Positions 9,638-18,278 of a stretch of 26,806 nt of DNA are shown in pieces; position 1 is the stretch's first letter; every line of letters begins with the position of its first letter. The position numbers were made by a program, and so were the translations under genes. This DNA is from an uncultured Verrucomicrobiales bacterium (GTDB lineage: Bacteria > Verrucomicrobiota > Verrucomicrobiia > Verrucomicrobiales > DEV007): contig CALKOM010000010.1 of NCBI GenBank assembly GCA_938091905.1, positions 1 to 26,806 on the forward strand, given 5' to 3'. The notes below the pieces were generated by a model that worked only from the letters and a program-made list of their open reading frames with translations, was not told the origin of the DNA and ran no database searches.

Positions 9638-12600
9638 GTGATTCGTTTGATAGTTCCCGACCGAGCGAAGAGCATCCCACTGGTTTCTCGGTCAATCTGC
9701 AAGCCTTCGATGACGAGGGGATCACCGGTCTGGAAACAAACGGTGATTCGATCCTCATCGCCTGGCTGATAAATGAACGGCACTTGAAACAATGTGAACC
9801 CAAACCCTTTGACAGGTACCGGCACGGTGGCCTCTTGACCTTGGAGATCAAAGAATGTGAATTCACCGTCCTGATCTAACAATTCACTGCGATCAAAGAG
9901 CTCCAATCGAAAGCCGAGACAACCGCCTTCAATATGAACACCAAGCTCTGTGAAACGCGCCAAGAGATCTTCCTTCACTTGCCCCGTCATGCCCGGTTGC
10001 TTGACTCCAGCATTCTCAGGCGTGTGTGAATAGGGATCCGATGGAAAGGCGCCATACTCGCTCGGTGATTTCTCCGCCCCGATGCCGCGTCGGATGGCTT
10101 GATAGTGTGCTTCTAACGACCGCACATCGTTCTCCTCCGCCCCCGTTTCAATCGCCAAGAAATAGTTCTCCGCGACGGCCAGCCCCAGCTTGGAAACCAT
10201 GTGCCAATAGATAGAGCCGAGACCTTCGTAGCCAAAGAAGGTTCCCGAGCGGCCCGTGAATTGGCGATGCCCGAAGATCTCATCAAAAACCTGAATAAGC
10301 TCAGCCCCGCCATCATGGGAACCGTCCAAGGCTTCCACAGCGTTCCTGAGATCAGCCGAATTTCGGAAGTCTCCATTGAAATGAAGACCTCCGCATACAT
10401 CACGGTGAACGATGCGTTTGTCGTCCTCCGCGAGTAGCCTTTGGACCAAGGGATTTGACTCTGCTAGTTCCCGACTAATCTCATTCTTCTCAAGAAAGCG
10501 CGGTAGCTGCCTGTCAGGGTAGAGCACATAACTGTCCTGGTTCTTGCGATAGAGTGCACTGCCCCGCAGCGCATCGAGCACCTCCACCGACTCCGTTGCC
10601 GTGAGGAGTCCTGAACTGAGCACCGCGACTTGGCCCTCGAGCATTTCATAGAGAGGCTCGATTTCTAAAGTATCATCCCGCCAATCGAGCAGGTTGTAGG
10701 AATGATATAGACCATCCGAACGTCGATTGCTTCGAAGCGTGCCGTCGAGATGTCGTCGAGCGGTTTTGAAGAAGTCGATACAGCCCTCTCTAGTGAGGCC
10801 AACTGTCTGACCGCAGAGACCCGCGGAGTAAAGCCCGTTTCGGTAGTTGCTTCCGGCTTTCGACAACGCCTCGACCATTTGAAAACGCTCGTTCCCATTG
10901 CTCGCAATAGGTTGCTGCATAGCGTTATCGATTTGCTCAAAGAAGGCGGCAACTTCAGAAGACACCTGAAAGGAATCGGTAGCGGTGTTTAAGAACCACT
11001 CTTCCAAGAACTTGAACCATCGATGCAAATAACAAGCCGTGACCATGGAGACACCACTGCCGACCAGTGCATTATTCGCATCGTTCCACTCAGGTCGTTG
11101 GGTATTGAGCCAGATGCCGCCATCTGGGATGAAGTTGGACAACTTGGCCAGCGACAGTGTCAGCAGCTTCTCAACGAGCGTGACATAGTGAATGTCCCCT
11201 TGTTCATTGGGCAACAGTTTCCCGTCCGCACCAAGGCTTTCCACGCGCTTGCTGATTTCTTTCGAAAGATCAGCATCAAAGGTAATCGTATCTTGCGGAT
11301 CCTTTCGGATCTCATCGTAGCCTTTGATGCGATAAGGGACATTCGCGTGCGTGAACGCCGCTGCACCTAACAAATCATCGAGTCCCTGCGGATGAAAATC
11401 GCGACTCCACTCAAGGAGTTTGAGCAAGTAGATGATTTGATGATCTCCCCAATAGCCGATATTCGCCCAGGGATCTTCTGGCGAGGGCTCTTCCCACTCA
11501 AAGCCATCACGGGTGAGGCGATAAGGATTGTAGCCGTCAGCCGTCGTGGCGTTGACGAAACGAGAGATCATCGCGGTGGAGAACTCTGGAAACGACACGG
11601 CAAGCGCTTCCCAGTTCTGAAAGATATCGCGCCAGTTGCCTTGATAGTTGAGATTGGTGCGACCCGTTTCCGATTCCAACTCAATGGAGAAGTGATTCCA
11701 CGGACGCGTCGGATCACCGTGGCGCCGGCTAAAGGCCAGTGGAAGATACTCGGAACCGAGGCGCGTCAGATCGGGATCGTTGAACTCCGCAATCCGGGCA
11801 CGCAGTTCCTCGATACCGACAACCTCTGGCAGATTCGTTAGGAAGACATCATGCTTTACCAGGGTGCCTCGATTGAAGTTGGCCACGTATTGCCGAAAAT
11901 CATCCGACTGAACACGATAATCTTCCAACGGAATACCGCCACGCATGACATTGAAGACCGTGTTCGAGAGGTGGCGATTGCAACGACGTTTGTTAGATCC
12001 GCATTGAATGGCATCGGACGAGGACAAGATGCTCAGGAACTCTTGCTCGCTCGCATGAATGTCGTTGGCGACCTCTGACGCAGGATCGGCAGTACGCTGC
12101 AGCCAGTCGTCCAGACCAATGACATCACTGTGATCCTGTGCCAACTCGGCCACGATCTGCCATTCAATCGATTCACCCGGTGCCAGTTCTACCGACTGAT
12201 TCACCAAATAGGCACCCGCCTTCCCGCGGACATCAACTTCATTTTTTAACATCTCGCCGTCCCGAAAGGCCGCGATCTGATCCGTCGACAGCAGAATCGC
12301 CCCCGAACGAATACCCGATTGCCAGATCGTCGTTGATTTGAGCCCTTCGCTAGGCTCTGCCCGGTCTGTCGGGACAGAGCTGAGATAGTAGAGGCCTACC
12401 TGCGAGTCAGGCACCAATTCGCTCTTCTTGTAAGCGTTCGCCAAATTGCTATAGCGCATGAGAAACTCACTGCCGATGCCATGCGGAAGCACGTTTCTCA
12501 AACCATCAAGAAGCTCCAACGAACACGGTTTCTCTCCTAGATTCTCAAGGCGACAACTCCGGACAAAGCCAAACTTCTGGCTAAAAGTCCAACGATAACG

Positions 12601-12993
12601 AAACGCCAATTGCTGTGATTCATTGATCTCCTCAAAAACGAGTTTGTTTCCAAGGGGCGTCTTGTACAGATTGCGATGTGTCCGATCCGTTCCGGCTGGA
12701 TGGGCAGCAAAAGGCTCCCACAGGCCCGCAGCGGATCGGATCATCGTGATCGCCCCCGTTTGTGTCCTAGCCGTCGAGATCTGATCGTCTGCGGCGTACG
12801 GAAACAGTGCTAGATCCGCGTTGCGGCGTCCGGCGGTTAAAGCGCCATTGCTGGATACAAACATCCAATGATCTCCTGCCCCGACCAGGGACATGAAGAA
12901 GTCCGTCATCAGGTGACTGTTGGCGATCTGATAGTATTCCTCACCGTCTAGCGAGGTGTACTCGCCGATTACTTTGGGTGGCATGCCTGACAT
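9610..12993 (-). CDS. Probable GH149 beta-1,3-glucan phosphorylase (cytoplasmic)
   Basis: 1127 aa, no signal peptide. Motifs recognised from GH149 proteins: HWMFVSSNGALTAGR, FSRRHGDPTRPWN, YQGNWRDIFQNWEAL, NIGYWGDHQIIY, WLNTQRPEWNDANNALVG, YEGLGSIYWHMVSKL, GAFPSDPYSHTP, QPGMTGQVKED. Confidence 0.88.
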   Translation of the reverse strand: MSGMPPKVIGEYTSLDGEEYYQIANSHLMTDFFMSLVGAGDHWMFVSSNGALTAGRRNADLALFPYAADDQISTARTQTGAITMIRSAAGLWEPFAAHPAGTDRTHRNLYKTPLGNKLVFEEINESQQLAFRYRWTFSQKFGFVRSCRLENLGEKPCSLELLDGLRNVLPHGIGSEFLMRYSNLANAYKKSELVPDSQVGLYYLSSVPTDRAEPSEGLKSTTIWQSGIRSGAILLSTDQIAAFRDGEMLKNEVDVRGKAGAYLVNQSVELAPGESIEWQIVAELAQDHSDVIGLDDWLQRTADPASEVANDIHASEQEFLSILSSSDAIQCGSNKRRCNRHLSNTVFNVMRGGIPLEDYRVQSDDFRQYVANFNRGTLVKHDVFLTNLPEVVGIEELRARIAEFNDPDLTRLGSEYLPLAFSRRHGDPTRPWNHFSIELESETGRTNLNYQGNWRDIFQNWEALAVSFPEFSTAMISRFVNATTADGYNPYRLTRDGFEWEEPSPEDPWANIGYWGDHQIIYLLKLLEWSRDFHPQGLDDLLGAAAFTHANVPYRIKGYDEIRKDPQDTITFDADLSKEISKRVESLGADGKLLPNEQGDIHYVTLVEKLLTLSLAKLSNFIPDGGIWLNTQRPEWNDANNALVGSGVSMVTACYLHRWFKFLEEWFLNTATDSFQVSSEVAAFFEQIDNAMQQPIASNGNERFQMVEALSKAGSNYRNGLYSAGLCGQTVGLTREGCIDFFKTARRHLDGTLRSNRRSDGLYHSYNLLDWRDDTLEIEPLYEMLEGQVAVLSSGLLTATESVEVLDALRGSALYRKNQDSYVLYPDRQLPRFLEKNEISRELAESNPLVQRLLAEDDKRIVHRDVCGGLHFNGDFRNSADLRNAVEALDGSHDGGAELIQVFDEIFGHRQFTGRSGTFFGYEGLGSIYWHMVSKLGLAVAENYFLAIETGAEENDVRSLEAHYQAIRRGIGAEKSPSEYGAFPSDPYSHTPENAGVKQPGMTGQVKEDLLARFTELGVHIEGGCLGFRLELFDRSELLDQDGEFTFFDLQGQEATVPVPVKGFGFTLFQVPFIYQPGDEDRITVCFQTGDPLVIEGLQIDRETSGMLFARSGTIKRITCNFGTLRH

Positions 12994-12998
12994 GGTCG

Positions 12999-14435
12999 TT
13001 AAGAAGTTATCTTTCCCCTTCGTGATTCAAGTTCACTGCGAATCTCTTTGGCCTTCGTTTCCGAAATCTCGTATCGCCACATAACGATAACAGCGAGTGC
13101 CGAAGTGGCCATAGGAATGATGATGTTGAAAAGTCGTATGTATTGGAGCGCACTTTCGCTTTGGTTAGGGCCAAGATCGACATCGAATCCAGAGGCACTA
13201 AGCAACCACCCACCGATGAGTGCTGCGAGTGCGATGCCCACCTTGACCATCCACCAATAAATCGCTCCAAAGGTACCCTCTCGCCGCTCTCCAGTTTCGA
13301 GTTCGTCGTAGTCGCAGACGTCAGAAATCATCGACCCCATGAGCGTGAATAATGAACCAACCCCAAAGGCGACTATTGGAGCGGTCATTAGGAGTAGATA
13401 GGGGTTCTCGCGACTGTATCCAATCCACTTAAGCCCGTAACCGATGATTGAAAGAGCGATTGTCAGACGAAAAGCTTCGCGTTTACCCAAGCGCTTCGCG
13501 AGCACGGCAGTCAACGCGATCACCCCCATGGTGCATAGCGTTGTCACCGTGCCGTAAGTTCCGTAGAGTTGTCCGGCCGGACCGTCGTCACCACCAAAGA
13601 CGTAGTAGCGAATCACATAGAGATCGAACATCGATGCCAGCTGGAAGCCTCCAAAGATCAGAAAGGTAGCCACACAAAGCCTAACGAAAGGCTTGCGTTT
13701 CATGGTGATACCCAAGCCCTCGAAGAACTCTCCCGTGTTCGCAGCAAGTCCGGATTTGGCTTTGGGAGCCTCGCTAGGCTTCGGAAGAACTCTTTCGCGA
13801 CAGAAGATCGCCGGAATAACTCCTAGCACAATGACAGTGATTCCAATCCCCATCGCGAGCACGCTGGCACCATCCGCCGGGCCTTCGAATTGCTCGCTCG
13901 CGATAAATGCCCAGAACCAGGGAATGGCGAGCCAGGCAAACTGGCCCGCTGTGTTTGCGAAAGCGTGAAGACGCGTGCGTTCATTGTAATCCGCTGTCAT
14001 CTCATAACCGAACGCGACGAATGGCGTGGCGTAGACCGTGTAGGTCAGGAAGAACAGAACGAAGGCAGCGAAGAAGAAATAGACATAGAACATGTCCGAC
14101 AAACCCGCTGGCACTTGCCACATGCCCGCAAAGACGATCCCGGCCAGGATCGCCCCTATAAAGATATACGGTCGACGCCGTCCCCACCTCGAACGCGTGT
14201 TGTCCGAGATATAACCCATCATCGGATCGGTGAGGGCATCGAGGATTCGTGGAGCGAAACCAATCACGCCTACCCAACGCGGATCCATCCCCAGCCCGAG
14301 ATTCAGAATGACCATGATCGCAGGCAGCGCCGCCGCCTGCAGATTGTTCGCTAGCATTCCAGACGCGTAGGCAAGCTTCTGAATGAGCGGGATACGGTCT
14401 TCGGGTGCCGTTTGGGAGGAGCCGGAGGTCGTCAT
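12999..14435 (-). CDS. MFS glycoside-pentoside-hexuronide (GPH/MelB-like) sugar:cation symporter
   Basis: DALTDPMMGYISDNTRSRWGRRRPYI, EMTADYNERTRL, SMISDVCDYDELETGERREG; about 12 TM segments. Confidence 0.93.
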   Translation of the reverse strand: MTTSGSSQTAPEDRIPLIQKLAYASGMLANNLQAAALPAIMVILNLGLGMDPRWVGVIGFAPRILDALTDPMMGYISDNTRSRWGRRRPYIFIGAILAGIVFAGMWQVPAGLSDMFYVYFFFAAFVLFFLTYTVYATPFVAFGYEMTADYNERTRLHAFANTAGQFAWLAIPWFWAFIASEQFEGPADGASVLAMGIGITVIVLGVIPAIFCRERVLPKPSEAPKAKSGLAANTGEFFEGLGITMKRKPFVRLCVATFLIFGGFQLASMFDLYVIRYYVFGGDDGPAGQLYGTYGTVTTLCTMGVIALTAVLAKRLGKREAFRLTIALSIIGYGLKWIGYSRENPYLLLMTAPIVAFGVGSLFTLMGSMISDVCDYDELETGERREGTFGAIYWWMVKVGIALAALIGGWLLSASGFDVDLGPNQSESALQYIRLFNIIIPMATSALAVIVMWRYEISETKAKEIRSELESRRGKITS

Positions 14436-14454
14436 GGGCAGGATTTGGTGAGTT

Positions 14455-14483
14455 TTGATTCTATGAAACCGGTTTCATAGAAT
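14455..14483 (+). promoter_or_regulatory. Putative sigma70 promoter for lacI-GH16: TTGATT-17 bp-TAGAAT
   Basis: -35 TTGATT 14455-14460 (4/6 to TTGACA), exact 17-bp spacer, -10 TAGAAT 14478-14483 (5/6 to TATAAT). Confidence 0.6.
14458..14483. promoter_or_regulatory. LacI-type operator O1: perfect 26-bp palindrome ATTCTATGAAACC|GGTTTCATAGAAT
   Basis: Perfect inverted repeat read directly. Core TGAAACCGGTTTCA (14464-14477) has the central-CG, A-tract form typical of LacI/GalR-family sites; a LacI gene is adjacent. Confidence 0.85.
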
Positions 14484-14486
14484 GCT

Positions 14487-14500
14487 TGAAACCGGTTTCA
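14487..14500. promoter_or_regulatory. LacI-type operator O2 (TGAAACCGGTTTCA)
   Basis: Exact second copy of the 14-bp palindrome, offset 23 bp from the first. Confidence 0.85.
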
Positions 14501-14549
14501 TAAGCGATACCTTGCCTGCAAAGCAACTACTATTTCTGCCTCCTTGCAG

Positions 14550-15554
14550 ATGAAGAACGTCACCATCCAAGACATCGCCAACGAAGCCCAGGTCTCCAAG
14601 AGCACCGTCTCTCGCGTGCTCAACAGCTCCTCTCCGGTGCATCCGGACAAGCGCCGCGCCATTCTCGAGGTCACCCAGCGTCTCGGCTTTCAGCCAAATG
14701 TCGTCGCTCGCAGCCTGTCCAAGGGGCGTTCCATGACGATCGGCGCACTGACACAGAACATCGGCAGCCCCTTCTACGATGCCATCTCCCAGGGGGTGAT
14801 CACCGGGCTAGGCGACACCGGCTACTCCCCGATCTTTGTCGATGGCCGATGGCAACCGAAGATCGAGGTTGGTGCCATCAAAGCTCTTTTAGGTCGGCGT
14901 GTGGATGGCCTGATTCTGATCGGTGGAACCATGCCGGTTGATGAACTTAACGAACTCTGCGGGGACCTCCCCACCATCATCGTCGGTCGGCAAGTAGCCA
15001 ACACGCACTGCATTTACACCGACAACATCGATGGCGGTTACCTGGCGACGAAGCTTCTGATAGAACACGGCCACCGAGAAATCGCCTTCATTCGCGGGAT
15101 CGCCCATCACCCCGACGTCATCGATCGTTTCCAAGGATATAAGAATGCCCTGCACGAGGCTGACATCGAATTGAATAAATCCCTCGTGATAGACGGCGAC
15201 TTCACCTCGGAATCTGGCGTCCAAGCCATTGAAACATTAGAATCTCGCAAACAGTCGTTCACGGCCGTCTTTGCTGCCAATGACACCACGGCTTTCGGAG
15301 CGCGCTTGGCCTTGTATCGGCGCAACCTCCGAGTTCCCGAAGACGTTTCCATCGTGGGCTTTGATGACCAGGCCGAAGCCGCCTTCATGGCCCCACCCCT
15401 AACTACCATTCGACAGCCTGCTCGAAGAATGGGCACACTCGCGTCTTCAGCGCTCTTGGGGCTTATCGACGGCGCCCCCTTCCAATCCCAGTCCTTTCAA
15501 GGCGAACTGAAAATTAGAGAATCCGTTAGCCGCCCATCCTCATCACACCAATGA
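14550..15554 (+). CDS. LacI-family transcriptional regulator
   Basis: HTH TIQDIANEAQVSKSTVSRVLN, hinge FQPNVVARSL, RVDGLIL, VPEDVSIVGFDD, PPLTTIRQP. ATG at 14550. Confidence 0.96.
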   Translation: MKNVTIQDIANEAQVSKSTVSRVLNSSSPVHPDKRRAILEVTQRLGFQPNVVARSLSKGRSMTIGALTQNIGSPFYDAISQGVITGLGDTGYSPIFVDGRWQPKIEVGAIKALLGRRVDGLILIGGTMPVDELNELCGDLPTIIVGRQVANTHCIYTDNIDGGYLATKLLIEHGHREIAFIRGIAHHPDVIDRFQGYKNALHEADIELNKSLVIDGDFTSESGVQAIETLESRKQSFTAVFAANDTTAFGARLALYRRNLRVPEDVSIVGFDDQAEAAFMAPPLTTIRQPARRMGTLASSALLGLIDGAPFQSQSFQGELKIRESVSRPSSSHQ

Positions 15555-16912
15555 CTTCATTATTCTGCAGATCGTTCAAACGATCTCCACTGCTAGCGGT
15601 GTTGCTAGGATTTATCACCAGTTGCGACTCAAAAGAAATGCCGATAGACAACAATACGAACCACAAGCCTCATCTCGACTCGATCGTATGGGCCGTGAAC
15701 GTCGGCGGCGACGCCTATGAAAGCAGCGATGGGGCTCACTACCTGGCCGATGACTTCGACATCGGCGGCGAAATAGCTCACATGGCAACGGTCGTCGGCT
15801 CTCAGGACAATACGCTCTATCAGAGCTACCGTATGGGTGACCTGAAGGTGAGCCATGCAATTCCAAATGGGACCTACGATCTTCAATTCCGATTCGCCGA
15901 ACCGTTTGATATTCCCGTGGGCGACCGAGTCTTCAACGTCCTGGCTCAAGGAGAGCCCGTGATCGAGGGTCTGGACGTGCGTCTGGCTCGCGACGGGAGA
16001 CATGTCTCCGCCTTAGACCGGGTGGTCACAGGCATTGTGGTCAACGATGGCCAGTTGGATATTACGTTCAAGGCCTCAGCAGGCGCCCCCATTCTCAATG
16101 CCCTCGTCGTGCGTCGGCAAATGAAGGATTCCCGGCTGTGGAAGCTCGTCTGGAGTGATGAATTCGATCAAGACGGCGCACCAGATGACACCCGCTGGAG
16201 CACCGATGTCTGGCCGGCTCGCAAGGTTAACGACGAGGAGCAAGCGTATACAGCCCGGCCCGAGAATGTACGCGTTGAGGACGGTCACCTCATTCTGGAA
16301 GCGCACAAAGAAGACTATGACAACGCTGCCTACACCTCAGGCCGCATTCATTCCCAGGGCAAGGGAGACATTCTCTATGGCAAGGTCGATGTTAGAGCCA
16401 AGCTTCCCGCCGGACAAGGATCCTGGCCTGCCATCTGGATGTTGCCCAGCGATCCTTACAAATACTCCACGTCTTGTGGTGAGGATGAAGAGTGGCAAGG
16501 AAGCCCAACCTGCGATGCCTGGCCAAACTCTGGTGAAATCGACATCATGGAACATGTCGGCTACGACATGAACAACGTTCACGGAACCGTACACAACAAA
16601 GCCGCCTATTGGATTCACTGGAACCAACGCAAAGGCAGCATCGAAGGCAAGACAGTGGCTAAAGAATTCCACGTCTATTCCGTAGAATGGACGCCCGATG
16701 AAATCATCGTTTCCATGGATGGCTCCCCCTACTTCACCTACGTCAATGAAGGCACCGGATGGGAAGCCTGGCCCTATGATCATCCCTTCCACCTCGTCCT
16801 CAATCTAGCCGTCGGCGGCATGTGGGGACGCGCAGGCGGCCCGGTCGACACCACCATCTTCCCCATCCGCCTGGAGATCGACTACGTGCGCGTCTACGAA
16901 GAATCCAAGTAA
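15551..16912 (+). CDS. Lipoprotein with malectin-like domain + GH16 beta-1,3-glucanase (laminarinase)
   Basis: Lipobox-like LLGFITS-C. Malectin-like WAVNVGG...LYQSYR...LQFRFAE...GDRVFNV. GH16 motifs LVWSDEFD, YTSGRI, WPAIWML, catalytic GEIDIME, FHVYSVEW, LNLAVGG, IDYVRVY. ATGA overlap with the lacI stop. Confidence 0.93.
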   Translation: MTSLFCRSFKRSPLLAVLLGFITSCDSKEMPIDNNTNHKPHLDSIVWAVNVGGDAYESSDGAHYLADDFDIGGEIAHMATVVGSQDNTLYQSYRMGDLKVSHAIPNGTYDLQFRFAEPFDIPVGDRVFNVLAQGEPVIEGLDVRLARDGRHVSALDRVVTGIVVNDGQLDITFKASAGAPILNALVVRRQMKDSRLWKLVWSDEFDQDGAPDDTRWSTDVWPARKVNDEEQAYTARPENVRVEDGHLILEAHKEDYDNAAYTSGRIHSQGKGDILYGKVDVRAKLPAGQGSWPAIWMLPSDPYKYSTSCGEDEEWQGSPTCDAWPNSGEIDIMEHVGYDMNNVHGTVHNKAAYWIHWNQRKGSIEGKTVAKEFHVYSVEWTPDEIIVSMDGSPYFTYVNEGTGWEAWPYDHPFHLVLNLAVGGMWGRAGGPVDTTIFPIRLEIDYVRVYEESK

Positions 16913-16922
16913 GCGTTAGGAA

Positions 16923-18206
16923 CTAAGACTTCTTCAGGCGATCCAAGACCTGCTTCAATCGGTTTCTGGCTGCTTTCGACTCCGACGTATCGCCCGATTC
17001 TAAAATCGCTGTCTCCACGAACGGATCACCGCGCATGTCGAACAGTTTACCATCATCTAACAGTTTCCAGTCACGGGTGCGAACGCCAATCTGATCTTTC
17101 TTCTGAAGCGAGACCCATTCTCGGGAAGGACTCGTTCCCTCGGTGAACAGCTTGGCGAAACTGGCGCCATCGAGAGGGTGGTCGATTTCTTGCTGCCCAC
17201 CAAGCTCGGCAAAGGTAGGCAGCAAGTCTGTGCCATCAGCGAGAATGTCGGTGGTCGTTCCCTCAGCAATCCTGCCTGGCCAACGAGCAATGGTTGGCAC
17301 ACGTGTTCCCCAGTCATTGAACTTGCCTTTCTGCCCAAGGAGCTGATTGCCGTTGATGGTGGAGATAACCGGCGCATCCAGAATCAGCTCACGTCCTTCG
17401 TGCCGGATATAGTTCATGGGCGTGGTGCCGTTGTCACTGTTGAAGAGGATCAGTGTCTTGTTCTTGAGACCGAGCTTATCAACCGCATCGACGATCTGCC
17501 CGACGCGCTTGTCCATCTCGGCCATCATCTCCGCAAACGTCATGTATCGTCCCTGCGGTCCGAGCGGAGGATGCGGGTCCAAGTCGTTGGAAACGGCATG
17601 ACTCAGTGCCATCGGGTAGTAAGCGAAGAACGTTTGTTCACGGTGCTTCTCCATGAAGTCGATCAGAAATTCGGTATAAACGTCAGGACCATAGCGCTCC
17701 TTCACGTCTTCGCGTATTTTACCGTTCTGCCAGAGCAACGGCTCCCAGAAACGTGGTCCTTCGTGCCAACCGAAGAAGCAATGCTCGTCGAAACCGAGGC
17801 GCGACGGCTGGTGGGGATCGTCTTTCAACATCGCCAAGTGCCATTTGCCAGCCGCAGCGGTGGCGTAGCCTGTCCGCTTCATAGCGTGGGCAAGGGTCTG
17901 TTTCTCAAAGTCGCCCTTGGCGTACTAGCCCCACTTCGGATTGCCCACCGAGTGCAGGTAACGCCCAGAAATCAGAGCCACCCGAGTCGGATGACAAACA
18001 GGCGCGGCATAGAAGTGATCGAACTTCATGCCCTCCCGGGCAAGCCGGTCGATGTTCGGCGTGGGGTAAGATTCACCACCATAACAGCCGATCGCTTCAC
18101 GCCCCACGTCATCGGCAAGGATCAAGACGACGTTAGGACGATCTTCCCCAAGGGCGGCGTTCAGCAGCGAGGCAAAGGCAAACAAAGGTGCGACGACCCG
18201 AATCAT
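16923..18206 (-). pseudogene. S1 sulfatase (Cys-type) interrupted by one in-frame amber codon
   Basis: ORFs 17925-18206 (signal peptide, PNVVLILADD, CHPTRV) and 16923-17882 (GKWH, SDNG) share one frame: PKWG-TAG(17925-17927)-YAKGDFEKQTLAHAMKRTGY. Read through, this is a normal 427-aa sulfatase. Confidence 0.85.
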
Positions 18207-18278
18207 GGCGAGGAGCTTACCAGACCCCAGGCATCAACCAAGCGTCTCTCATCGTGAACGAGATCGTCGGAGAACGAA

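Noticed and set aside
14458..14500. Repeated palindromes as a mini-CRISPR or terminator
   Set aside because: Only two 14-bp copies separated by 9 bp, no cas genes, no loop or U-tract; the position between divergent genes next to lacI fits operators.
2031..17927. Stop-codon reassignment or pyrrolysine-type readthrough (three in-frame TAGs and one TGA)
   Set aside because: The TAGs sit where different residues are expected (Trp in FPG*KN, probably Gln in E*EII). A frameshift also occurs in the same gene. TAG ends intact genes normally (5605, 9610, 18279, 26783).
17178..18257. 359-aa + strand ORF spanning the sulfatase amber codon
   Set aside because: In-register antisense shadow of the sulfatase with no motifs; explained by scarce TTA/CTA/TCA codons in the sense gene.
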